A stretch of DNA of 64,000 bases, taken from contig NW_013547017.1 of the NCBI RefSeq assembly GCF_000711695.1, positions 186,001 to 250,000 of the forward strand, written 5' to 3'. The notes beneath the pieces are model-generated. The model was not told the origin of the DNA. It worked only from the letters and a program-made list of their open reading frames with translations, and made no database searches. Source of the stretch: Tilletiaria anomala UBC 951. Lineage: Eukaryota. This document shows positions 11,872 through 24,059 of the stretch, one piece after another; within the stretch, counting starts at the first letter, position 1; the number at the start of each line of letters is the position of its first letter. The position numbers were made by a program, and so were the translations under genes.

Positions 11872-13136
11872 ATGCCCAACTCAAACGAGGCCAAGGAGGA
11901 CGTTCAGTACAACGGCGTCGCCATCCAGCGCACTGTCACCCGTGAGTACGCCTTTCCTTGCGCCTCGTAGCGGAGCGTAGATGTCAGGGTGATGGTCATC
12001 TCATCCTGACCAGTCCAGAGAGTACGCACGATCTCTCGCGATCCACATGGTGGAGACCACACCTGGAAAGGCCATATTTGACATTTTTGGCTGGACAGCG
12101 CTGGAGGTATTTCGCAAACTGCTTGCCCATGCGAAGAGCCGCATAATTTGGGCCGGTTTGAATTGCATTGCGTCATCTTCCCGGACAGGGTGGACCAAGC
12201 ATAGAAGAAGCTGACAAACAATCCGCATTATGACCTTTCGGCCCACTGAACGGCGCCGTACAGCTGGCGGCCACCCGCAGGACACCTCGCAGCCGGCATT
12301 CCCGGTGTACCACCGCAAATTTGCCAACCCGGCACCGCTGGGTCTGTTCAGCTTTGCAGCGACGACATGGGTGCTGTCCATGTTCAACGTCTCTGCGCGC
12401 GGCATCACCCACCCAGAGCTGGTCGTTTCGCTCGCAGTCGCGTACGGAGGCACCGCCCAGTTCGTCGCTGGCATATGGGAGTTTGCTGCCGGTAACACTT
12501 TTGGTGAGTGACGGGATGCGAGCCCATTGGCGTTCAGCAAGCACAGACAGCCGAGCTGATTTTTCAATACGCTTTCTTTGCGTCCAATCTGTGCTAGGCG
12601 CAACCGCTTTCTGCTCGTACGGCGCCTTCTGGTGGTCGTTCGCCATCATCTTCATTCCGTGGTTCAACATTCAGGCTAATGTCAAGGGTGCCGAACTCGA
12701 GAGCGCTGTGAGCTGTTCTATCTTTGCAACCTGCTGACCTTATGCTGAATTTTTCTGCTCGCCGCTTCTTGCAGCTTGGCATCTACCTCGCTGCATGGTT
12801 CATCTTCACGTGAGTGATTCTTTTTTTCGCAACTGGATATCTTCGTTGCTGATTCTAGATTCTCTGGGCTTATCTGCTTCTACCCGCAGCTTCATCATGC
12901 TCATGGCCTCCTTGCGATCCTCTATCGGCCTCATCGTCCTCTTTTTCCTGCTGGACATTACATTCCTTCTCCTCGTCGCCTTCTACTTCTCTGGCAAGGC
13001 CCACCTCCAGACTGCAGGCGGCGTCTTTGGTATCGCCACTGCCGCCGTCGCATGGTACGTCGGCGCCGCTGGCCTTCTTTCGCCTGAGACGGCGCTCTTC
13101 ACGCTGCCGGTTGGTGACCTGTCCCGCAAAGATTAA
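11872..13136 (+). CDS. ADY2: GPR1/FUN34/YaaH (ATO/ADY2) family acetate transporter
   Basis: Signature HRKFANPAPLGLFSFA, YGGTAQFVAGIWEFAAGNTFGATAFCSYGAFW and several TM helices. First intron 11942-12263, then short introns. Confidence 0.92.
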
Positions 13137-13747
13137 GCTAGTTTAGCGAGCGGAAAGATCGACTTCGCTCCATGCTGTTTGGATTCTAAGCTGTTGACTC
13201 TCCTTGTCACCCTGTAAATTCTAAAGCGGAGAGAATCAACACTCACGCGCGTACACAATCGTTCGGCGGTCTGGCTCGCACGCTCGACATTCTATCACTC
13301 CGTGTTGACTTCGTCACTTCGCCTTTTGTAAATAGAGAAAGTTCAATATACCAAACGTCGCACAAACGACGCCAATTGCAAATGCACACGTGCGAAGGGA
13401 CTTTCACCAACCCTCCTGGGGTGACCCTGTCCTTTATACTTGGCGCTTGCGCCCTCAGAATGTGTTTCAAACGGTGCCTCCGTGAGTGTGGTGTCTTCAC
13501 ACGATGCGGAAAAGAAGAGAGCATAGCATTTGAGAAAGATCATTCCATTGCGATCCGGAGACCATTTGCTGGCTGGTGTGCATTTGTCAAAAGTTTAGGA
13601 TGCTGACGATATTGCGTGGGTATCTGAAGTCCCATGGAACAACTCCAGGAAGAATCCAAAGGTGGAAAGGTGGAAACAAAGTGTACTACGCGAGATAGGG
13701 CGCGGCAAGGGTATCTATCTGTTCATATTCTTGTGCTGCTACTTTCA

Positions 13748-16700
13748 TCATTGCTGTTGCTGTTCTTTTTTTCCGAAGAGAGTGCGCACAAACTTGCGTT
13801 TCGTTTTTGCACCAATACTGTTGCTGCTGTTGTTGCCCTGGCTGTGATCCGGAAGGGACGCTTCGACAGCGCTGATGAACGAGGAGAAAGGCCCAGCGGC
13901 GGTTGAGCTGAGGCTGGTGGACGTCGTCATTGGGCTTGCCGTACTGTTGATAGCGTAGCCGCCGTAAACGAGGTCATCTCGCGAATACATAGGGCCAAAG
14001 CCGAGTCCGAGACCATTTTTGCCTCCGTCGGGGTATGCGCCGGACGAAGCGACACTGGCTCCGCTCGACGAGTTGCTTTGCAGCGAGCGCATGAATTCAT
14101 CTCGACTGGAAGGACGCCGGCTCGTGCGTCCTCCGCGTTCATTGCTTAAAGAGTCCATATCTGGAGGCAAGGAGTCGCTGTAGCGGTGCGTGCTCCGTGC
14201 AGGCGAATCTACTTTGGGCGCCGTACGCTGGCTTAGCATATCCGAATTGTGCATGGGGGCCACAGTGTCGTTGCCCATCGACCCGCTGGCTCCTGCACGC
14301 CTCGGGGTGTCATCCGAGGCTCGACTGAACACAGGAGTTGAGTTCACAGGTCGATGGAGCGCAGTGACCATTGGTCCGTCGAAAAACGCAGTGTCGGTCA
14401 CCTTTCGGTAGTCTGTTACGGTACGTCGAGTCGGAAGGACCGGCGACGTCTTGGCGTGCGGAATGCCTCCCTGGCGATATGTGCTCACAAGAGACAATTC
14501 GAATGGCGGATAACGACGTTCGGCTGATAGGCGACTTGAAGGATCTGAAAAGTCGACAAGTTTCAGCAACTCAATCACACCCATATGTCAAAGCGCCTGC
14601 CTCACCAATAAACAGCTCCTTCAAACCATCTTTTGGGGATCTTGCAGAGCGGTTCACCGCCTCGGCAGCTGAGGTAGAGCGCGGCAAAAATGGCAGGGAC
14701 TGACCTTGTCGCATGAGTGATTCCTCGTTGCTCCACGCTCTCGGCCGACTAGCGCTAGCCCGGCCTCCACTACCACCCTGAGATCCAAATGTCCCTGTCG
14801 ATCCGGGGGCGATGCTGCGCATAGCGGAGATGTTGTTCTGCGCGCGATCCTCGCTGACGCTGGGCAGCAAGCCAGGCTGCTGTGCAGTTAGCGCTCGCTG
14901 CAAAGCCTTGTCCGATGCCTTCAGCTGCTGCTGCTGCTGCTGTTGCTGTTGCTGCTGCATTCGCTCCCTTGCCAGCGCTTCACCATACGCAGCGAGCTGT
15001 TCTGCAAGCGAGATCTTCTGCCCGTCCTTGACGAGCGTCGTCGAGCCGTTCTCCTCTACATTCCGCATGATCGCCTGCGCGTGTTCCGCAGCAGACGCGC
15101 TCCCAGCAGCATTCATCGACCGGAGAGAGGCGTTGGATGCCTTGTTGCTCATGCTCGTGCTAGCACTGCTGCCAGCCGCCGAGTTGGACCGTGCCTGCCG
15201 GACGCCGCCAGAACCGATCGATCGCGTGTCGTCGCTGAAAAAAGGCAGGGCCCGCGTACGCGGTGAGAAGTGCGGAGAACCGTGCGCATATGCCGGGTCA
15301 TGTGCGAAGGTGCTGCATCCGTTGCCGCCGGCAGCTGTGGAGGTGTGCGCCGGCAGTGGCGCCAGTGCCGAACTTACGCTTGCGCTGGACATGCTGCTGG
15401 CCGAATCCTTGCGCATAACCCTGGGCAAACCGGCAGAATGCAAGAGGGGACTGCCTGGATTCGAAGGGGACTTGGATGCGGCGCGGATACCCCGCTGGGT
15501 CAACTTGGGGTCCGCTTCCGCTATTTCGGAAGAGGGAAGCGCTCCGTACTGCTGCTGCTGCTGCTGCTGAGAATTGAGCAAGAATGGCTTGCGATCGGCA
15601 CTGGCAGAACTGAGTGCCCTTCTGCGCAAGATCGCACCTATCTCTATAGTACTGAGGCTGCGTTCATGCGACACACCTTGGCTCGGCGATGCAGTGGAGA
15701 CGGATCCCTGCCGCGGACGCGCGGCGATAGTAGACGTGATACTTTGCTGATTGTACAGGCCCGACGCTGACGAAGAGGGCGGAGCTGCTAAGCGTGCCGA
15801 AGCTGGTGCGTCCTGGATTGCGGAGGATGGAGAAGGTAGGGGAGGAAGGGGAGTGCTTGCATCGAAGGGTGGGGTGCACATTTCGATGGCCGCTAAAGCG
15901 ACCGGTGGCATGTAGACGTTCGGAACTTTAGGAATGTGGAAAGCTGTCTGGGAGTAAGGCGCCGAAAATGCCTTGGTATTCTTGAGTTGCTGCTCTGCAT
16001 GGAAAAGACGATGTGCCAACTGCGGCGGCACACGACTGGGCAACAGCTCCGTTGCGCTGCTGGTGGTGGATGTGCCGGTCGCCTTGCGGATTAACTGCCC
16101 GATACTCCGCTTGCCCGCTGGCCTTTGCAGCGACTGGCCGGGAGTGTCGGAATCTGCATCCTTACCACCAGCGGCGCTGCCATTCGCCATGCGCACCCCT
16201 GCGCTGCCCATTCCTCCTGACGAGGACCCTGCGCCGGGGCCAGCAGAATCAGAGGAGAGCATCTCGATCAGATCGACACCTCTGCTTGACGCGCCGCCGC
16301 TAGCAAAGACGCTGCCCTGGTTGCCGTGGCTGCTGCCGCCGCCGCTGCTCATCGAGTGCGACGGATGCATCTGAGTGGTCGATGACGCTGCCGCTGAGGA
16401 GTACGAGGAGGCAGAGCAGGATGACGACGACGACGACGCCGCCGCCGCAAGGTTCAGTGCGCTGCGTAGCGCTTGACCGGGGTGGTCCGCACGCTCAAAG
16501 ATGGAAGGCAGCGACGGCCGGCGCTGGATGCTGCTGCCTGGGCCTGGCGTCGAGCTATATCCTGTGCCTGAAGCCGATCCTGCCGCACCAAATCCAGATC
16601 CAGGCCCGAGCATCCCAACCGATACGGCCGTTGCTGCAGGAGTCGTCTTGAACGTCGCAAAGCCCATGTCCGCAGGGTCGCTCGGGCTACTCAGGGCTGG

Positions 16701-18122
16701 ACTGACGCTTCGCATTGGTCCGGAGCCCGAGCCTACGCCGGAGCCGCAACCAGCGGCTGCAGCTGCGCCTGCCACGAGGGCAGGGTCCGGAGCCGGCGCG
16801 TGGGCGCGGTACTTGACGCAAGGCACCGGTGGGATGCCATTTGCGCTCGAAGGCTGAGTTGTAGATCCAGAAGCGGTGGCACTGGACTTGAGATTAGGAT
16901 GCGAGCTGGTCTTGAACATCTTGCTAGCGGCTGCCGCAGACGAGGTAGTAGCGTTGGGATGTCCATGCATGTTGCTGTTGCTGTTGCTCGCCTTGCGATT
17001 GAACAACGACTGCTTGACGCCCGCAGCGGCGGAGGAGAGCTGGTCAAAGGATCGCTGTGTGCGCAGCGACATGGAAGAACTGGGGTTACCTGCGACATTG
17101 TTTCCACCTCCTATCCCTGCCCCTCCACCGCCGCTGCTCGACGCTCCCGAGTCCCCCCTCGAGCGGCCGCTCCAGCCGCCGCTACCGTTGAGCCCGGACA
17201 AGGATGCCGGCTTCGTGAGCGCAGGCGGGAGATGCTGCCTGCTACTAGCAGTGATGTTGGTGTTGGTGTTGCTGTTGCTGAGACCAGCAGCGGCACTGCG
17301 CAGGAGCAGGACGCAGTCATCGTGGTGGTTGCCAAGTGCGAGCGCTTCGGGTGTGTTACCCTCTCTGTCCGTCACGTCCGGCTGCGCGCCGCTGTCGAGC
17401 AGGATGCGGAGGACGCCCTCGTGCCCGTTAGCGGCTGCGAAGTGCAGCGGTGTGGAGCCCTCGGTGCCCAATCCGGCGCCCGTAGTTGCTCCGGACGCAG
17501 ATGAGCCTGCGATGCCCGACCCGCTGAAAGCCAGCGCGCTACCGCCGCCGCCGCCACCTACTCCTCCGCCGCTACCGCTGCCGGCCGACTGAGAAGGCTT
17601 GACCTTGATCCGGGGTGCGTTAGGGTCTGCGCCGTACGCAAGCAGCAGACGGACCGCCGCCTCGCTCCCGCCGGAAGAGGCGGCATGCAAGGGAACGATG
17701 CCGTTCAGGACCGACGCGACGGACTGGCCGTGGTCGAACGCGAACTTGATGAGGCCGACGTTGCCCGTCGCGGCGGCGCTGTGCATGCCGAGGCTCAGCA
17801 ATGTGTTCGGCGCGGTGTGTTCGTGACTGCCGCCCCCGAGAAGGATAAAGGAACTGGCGCCGGCGGCCGCTCCTGATCCTCCGGCGGCGCCCCCCGCTGA
17901 TGTGCCCACGGACGTGTTCGAAGAAGCGGTGACTAATGAAAAATTGCTGCTGACGCTGCTGGACGAGATGACGCCAGCGTTGACAAGGCTGCTGAGCGCA
18001 ATGCTTGCTGAGCTCACTGCATTCCGGTCGCTCCCTCCGCCGCTGCCGCTGGTATTGCCCAACCCTTGACCTTGGCCGGCGCCGCTGCGAAAGGGGCTCT
18101 TGGAAGCAGCGTGCCGCAGCAT
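13748..18122 (-). CDS. Large ankyrin-repeat protein with long S/G/A/Q-rich disordered regions
   Basis: Ankyrin motifs LGMHSAAATGNVGLIKF, VPLHAASSGGSEAAVRLLLAYGADPN, GSTPLHFAAANGHEGVLRILLDSGAQPDVTDREGNTPE. Intron 14605-14545 joins the 1183-aa and 278-aa ORFs in frame. Confidence 0.85.
14922..14958. repeat. CAG/CAA trinucleotide repeat encoding polyQ (a second tract lies near 15549-15568)
   Basis: (CTG/TTG)n on the + strand reads as a polyQ run in the ankyrin protein. Confidence 0.9.
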
Positions 18123-19540
18123 AGCGGGTGAGCCGACTCTGCGCCAAGCTTTATGTGATTTCCTTGTAGCGAGGAGCGGGACCGAAGCGTTGCACTCTCA
18201 TGAAGCTGCGTGCATCTCCTGCCCCTCCAGTGCTGGTTGGGACAGTGTTGATAACGATGATGCTGATGCTGATGCTGCCACCCGCCTATGCTGGGCTTGT
18301 GGGGTGTGCGAGCTGCTGGCTGCTGATTCGACAGTGATGCCGCGCGCTCGCGGCTGTACGTGACATTCGTCTTAGGCGCGTCGCCGGCTGGACGCGGACG
18401 ACGAGGATGGACGAGGCAAGGAGAAAGGTGGAGATGACAAGGATGTCATCGGGCGGGGAGGGTTGAGCAGGTTTTCGTCCTTTCTTACGCAGGTGTGCCT
18501 GTATCACACACCTGGAGGTGCACGTGTAGGGCGTGTACGTATGTACAGTACAGTAATAGGGCAATCCGCCTGTGAAACCTTATCCATCCCACTGCCCGCC
18601 CAGCGTCGCATCAACTATTTTGTGCGCTACGCTACGTCTAGAACAATTTGGAAAGCTCTGAGGGCTGAGAGTCTAGCCCCAAAAGGAGCCAATCACACCG
18701 CATTCCAGAATCGCACGCCACAGCAGCTTTGGATCTCCATCTCTCTCCCGCCGTCGTTCTCACTCAGGCAGAAGGCGTCAATGACATAACGAGCACCCGC
18801 AAGGAAGGGGGGAGGATGCACTGAGCCATTCGCAAGCACATACACCAGTAAAAAGTCGTTTTGGCTTGGTCTGACAAAGCGAAATCTCAACTCATTCAAA
18901 CAAAGAGAAGACCTAGACCCCAGGTCTGTGGCCCGAAACTCCGGAATTGGAAACCCCTCGCACAGTGTATATATAGCTTTCGGAAGTTGGACGGGCTTTG
19001 CTAATTGCTCATCATCTGCTCCGCTCCCAATCTCGCACCACGCCCGATTTTGGGCTTTTCCACACGGGGTTTGGCCTTGAAGGCCGGCCTTGCACCTTGC
19101 TCATCTCATCAACAGCGCAAATCACACAAAGTCGTGTACAATTGTTGAAAGTATCAAAGATCAAATATATATAATATAGATGTACCTGAAATAGGAGTCG
19201 GCAATCTTGTGATTACAGTGTGAGCCATGAACTTGTACCATGCGCAGAGAGGCGGGCCACTTGTGAGAGACGGGACCCATGTGGATGGATGGACCAATGT
19301 TCTAGGGTTAGGACATAGCTCCCACCTGGAGCACGTGCGTCATGGGGTTGTCCAAAGGCTCGGCGCTGTGACGTGGAGCACTCTTGCGAGCCCTGACCTG
19401 TGTGAGATCCAGTTGAACGCGATGCGGGCCGCCGCAGCAATGAGAGAGTCAAGTCTGGCACCAGATTTTATTCCTAACAGGGGCAGCCACAGAGAAGCAC
19501 ATGGCCTGGGACCGTGCACGAGCGAGTGTGAGAGACCGAG

Positions 19541-19564
19541 ACAGACTAGACCAGACCAGACCAG
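19541..19564. repeat. (AGACC)n pentanucleotide microsatellite in the divergent ankyrin/kinase intergenic region
   Basis: ACAGACTAGACCAGACCAGACCAG seen directly. Confidence 0.7.
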
Positions 19565-20034
19565 CCTGGCTAGCCCCAAGGAAAGGGTCCCGCTCCACTC
19601 ATGGAACCAGTGATGCACACGGTGACCAGATGCACCACCTCGCTCTCACATCCTCCCCCCATCGTTGGCAGGCAGGGTGCTATGTACTATAATACACGGA
19701 ACACGGACAGGCGCAGCTCTCTGCGTGATTCGTCCATGTCTCTGCCAGGGTGGGCGACTCCGAGTGGCCGTCGGTGAGCACGCTGAGCCAGCGACAGTCT
19801 TGGCGTGACCCACACCCACGCACCCACTGGGCACGGTCCTGCTTCTGCTGATCATTACTGCTACCACCAACACAGCGATACGCGTCGACGAGTAGCCTAT
19901 CTATCCGCTTGTGTCCGCCCTCCCCTTGACCATCTCCGCTCGACAGCGGGTGATCAGCCGAGTGCATTTCGGCGGCGATCGACGCTGTCCGGACGCCTGT
20001 GCAACGCCAGCCATCATCGGAGCGCTGCGCGAAG

Positions 20035-22522
20035 ATGCCTAACAGCGCAGCCGGCTCCAGCAAGGGCGGCGACAGCGGCGCGTCTAGCCGCCGCAGCTCG
20101 CCCATCCTCCGACCCGTCGGAAGCAATGCAAGCACTGGCGCTTCCACGCCGTCCTTATCGTCTTCTCCCGATGGGAAACCTTCACATCCGGGGGCCAGCA
20201 AAAATGCCAAGGACGCCCAAGCCAGTGGATCTGGCTCGCGGCGAAGTTCCGGCGCTTCGACTCCGCCGCAAACACGGAATGCCTCCTCCGCGGCGGTAGT
20301 GCCGGGGGGCAGCGGCACGCTCTTACGCGTTGGGTCCAAGCGCAACAGCGCAGCGGCCGTATTGCGCAACGCCGCGCACATCGGCTCCGTCGTCGATGAC
20401 TGGCCGATGTACAGCTCGCAGCCCGCCGATTACATCCTAGGCGACGTCATCGGATTCGGCGCATCGAGCGTCGTCTACCAGGCGGCCTTCCTGCCGCTCG
20501 GCAGTCGCGCGTGTGCAGTAAAGGTCGTGGATCTCGAAGCATTTAGCGGGGACACCGAGGTGCTGCGCAGGGAGACGCAGCTGATGAGCTTGAGCAAGCA
20601 CCCCAACGTGCTCCGTGTCAGAGGATGCTGGGTCGACGGGACCAAGCTGCACATCGCGACGCGGCTGATGAGCAGCGGCAGCATGCTCGATATCATGCGC
20701 TTCTCCTATCCTGACGGCTTTGACGAGGCCGTCATCGCGACGGTGCTCAAGCAGGCGCTGGAAGGGCTCAATTATCTTCATGTTAATGGATGGCTGCATA
20801 GGTGCGTTGACCCCAGCGAAGATACTTCGTGTGCACGACAATCTGATATATATATATCTCTCTCCTCGCCCTCTTTTTGCAAATACTGCCGACAGAGATC
20901 TGAAGGCGGGCAACATGCTCGTCGACGAGGACGGCACTGTACTACTGGGCGACTTTGGCGTCGGCATTTTTCTCAACGAGCGGGCCGACGCCCCCGCCTC
21001 TGCTGCCGGCGGCGATGCGGCTTACACAGGAGGCGCGACCAAGTCCTTTGTCGGCACGCCGTGCTGGATGGCGCCGGAGGTGGTGGAGCGCAAGCACTAC
21101 GGCCACAAGGCAGATATCTGGTCCTTTGGCATCACTGCGCTCGAGCTAGCGCACGGGCGCGCGCCACACAGCCGCTTCGCGCCGGTCAAAGTGCTGATGA
21201 AGACGCTGCAGGACGAGCCGCCACAGCTGGACCGCACGGGCGGGCCGCACAGGTACAGCAAGGTGATGGAGGACTTTGTCAGGGTCTGCCTCCAGAAGGA
21301 CCCCAGCAAGCGGCCTTCGGCGGAGAAGCTGCTCGGGCACGCGTTCTTTAAGCAGGCCAAATCGAAAAAGCACCTCGTCACTGCTATCTTGTGTGAGTAG
21401 CATTGTCCAAGCGAGGCGCGCATTTGCTTCGTGCTCACCAGCTCATATCGCACCTCCACAGCCTGCCTGCCACCGCTGGTGGAACGGCAAGAACGACGGC
21501 GGAACATGTCAATCGTATCCCTGCGCAACCAGCAGTCGTGGGACTTTGGCAGCGGCAGCATGATTTATAGCACCAACGTCCCCGGGTCCAGCGCCAGCAG
21601 CTCGGGCTTCCTTTCAAAGCGCGGCTCGCAGATCCTCACGATGTCCACCGCGCCCGACACGCCGGATCCGTTCAAGAACTTCTCTGCGAGCATCGCTGCG
21701 CCACCCGTCTCTCCCGGCGGTAGCATGCGCTCCAAGATCATCAGCATCGACGGCGAGCACGCGATCGTCACGCCCAGCCGCGAGGCCGTCAAGTTCGAGA
21801 AGCTCGCAGAGCGCTTTCAGCACCCGGCCGCTTCTGCAGGGCCCTTGTCGCCATCGGGAAGCAGATTCATGGCCAGCGCGCGGGACCATAAGCGCTCCAT
21901 CGACTCGTTCAGCCGGCACCGTAAGTCCGTCTCATTCGACGGGGACGATGGAGACGTCGGCAGCGCCAGCGGCTCTGTTCCGATCACCGCAGCAGGGGAT
22001 AGCAGCAGCCTGCCCCTCCTCAGCAGCCCGGCGAAGGCGGGAAGCCTCCGCCTGCGCACTCTCGGCAAACATGGGCTCGAGGCCATCGGCGAGAAACGCA
22101 GTCCGCTCATCTTGCCCGCTGACGCCGCCAGCGACAACGGCAAGGGAACAGAGGGTGTGGGAGCGGTGCCGCACATGGATCTGGCTGAGCAGCGACAGCA
22201 GCAGCAGTCATCAGCTGCTGATACCAATGAGTCACCCATGCTTGCTCCGCTTGAGGCCGCGGCGGCGGCCGATGCACAAGACGCCAACCGTCCGTCGATG
22301 GGGATCACGCAGGTTTCAGATCAAGTGACGCTCTTCAAGGATGCTTCGCCGAAGATCAGCGCACTCGCCGTCCCGCTCGAGAGGGCACTGTCGTCGAGCC
22401 TCGCGGATACCCAGCCGGTGCAAGCGGCGCAAAAGACCCAGCGCTCGGCTTCGAGGGGCGCTGAGGACGGTGGTAGGAGGGAGTCGGTCCTTGGCAAGCT
22501 GTTCGGAAAAGTGAAGAAGTAG
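20035..22522 (+). CDS. STE20-family Ser/Thr kinase, GCK-VI (OSR1/SPAK/Fray)-like
   Basis: Motifs IGFGASSVV, CAVK, RRETQLMSLSKHPNVL, HRDLKAGNML, DFG, KSFVGTPCWMAPEV, DIWSFGITALELAHG. Two short introns (about 20802-20895 and about 21392-21461). Confidence 0.92.
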
Positions 22523-24059
22523 TCGGGTCTTTATATTGGTCTGTGCGGAGTGCGGCGGACCCCGTACCACCCAGAGGTTGGTGCCATTCTTAATAGCAGA
22601 GGCGTGCGTCGTGTGTAGCATATCGCATCTCATTTCTCGACATACACCCCATTCCTCTGAGCACGCGTCATCTTCTGTTATGAATCTTTGACCAAGATCT
22701 CTTGTTCGGATCTAGTCCATCGCGTCGGAGGTCGTCTTTCTAATGCCTTCGCACACCTGAAACGGTGGTATATTCTGGAGGACGCAGCCGGACGATACAT
22801 CTAAAATGCGCTCTACGCGTCCGTTTCACTAAATTCATGCGCCGAAGATTCAACATCTTCTGTCGCCACTTCGTTCCTTTTGTCGTCCTGAATCTTGTGC
22901 CAAATGCGAACCAAGTACGAGCGCCTATAAGGAACAACCAAAGCAGCAAGAGTGCAAGCCCGAAGTAGAGATGCCATTTTAAAATTGCGGGAGTTGATGA
23001 AGACGAGGCAGCAAGCAAAGGCGAGGTCCAACCGCAATCAAGGATAGGCTCCTCTCGGGAAGTTGCCACTGCCGCACTCATCAGAATGCTGCGCCCCTGC
23101 CAAACATATTCTTCATCTAACGAGCTGTGGCACTTCCGACACTTCTACTCTGACCCAACCACTGCTACTGCATGCAGGATCCAAGACTTGAGCCTGCCTC
23201 CACGCGAGGGACGGCACGGTGAATCTACACCATTTCGTATTGAATGGCCGCGGACCGATCTCGGAAGAATGCTTCCGTGGCCGACGTGTTCTCCTGATTC
23301 AGAAAGCGAAAACTTCTCGATGACGGGTGACATTACTTAGCAGCCCCATGTCACATATAGCTGATGCCATGGCCGTCGCTTTCTAGCCGGCTGAGTACTC
23401 GCTCTGGAATGACTTGAAGGCAAGGGAAAAACACGTCCGGATCACAATCTTTGCCTTTCTGATACAACGATACGCGACATTCGTGGCTGTCCTCATTGCC
23501 ATCTCCCTGCTGTGAATCCTGATTCTTCTTGTGTGAGCATGTCAGTGGCGCCAAATCGACGTGTTACACCTATCCATCAGCTGGGGCGGCAGCATTCGTT
23601 GCCAGGCTCTCGTTTCCATCGTTTTTTCATTGGGTACGATATTCCCCACCTCCGCCACTGTAGTTTCGGAGAGCGCACGATCGCCACCTGTGACTACAGA
23701 GTTCCCTTACGTGTGTTGGTGTACGGCTGCATTCCCGGCGTCTCCGCAGGCTACAGCTACACTGCTTGCACTTGTGAGTCTGCCTGGTGGGCCAAGGGGA
23801 GCCGGACTTCTTGCTTCTGACGCGAAAGGAGCGGTCGCAAAGACCGTGCATACAACTCTGGCATCTCCCTGGACGGCGCTCAGTGCATGTTGATGAGGGA
23901 ACTTCGAAATGGCCCCAGGTCGGCAGCCGCACTACTGGTATGTGTGCAAGCTCGCCGAGCCCAAACGTCCACGGTCACGCGAAACATGACGTTTCTCCAC
24001 TCTCCTTCTCTTTCAGTCTCGCGTTTTTGACACCGTTGTGCTGATCCTGTGAGCTCTAG

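Noticed and set aside
13134..13200. In-frame SKL downstream of the ADY2 stop (cryptic PTS1 by readthrough, known in smut fungi)
   Set aside because: The stop is TAA-G, not the leaky TGA-CTA, and SKL is followed by more codons rather than a stop. None of the stops I checked showed TGA-CTA.
14812..17876. Long + strand ORFs (252, 234, 238 aa, including poly-Cys) opposite the ankyrin gene, and similar antisense ORFs over other genes
   Set aside because: Shadow ORFs of GC-rich coding sequence; the poly-Cys is the reverse complement of the polyQ codons.
19302..19311. Telomere-like TAGGGTTAGG (also 8-9-nt matches near 11460 and 34118)
   Set aside because: Isolated short matches expected by chance, with no array and no supporting structure noticed.
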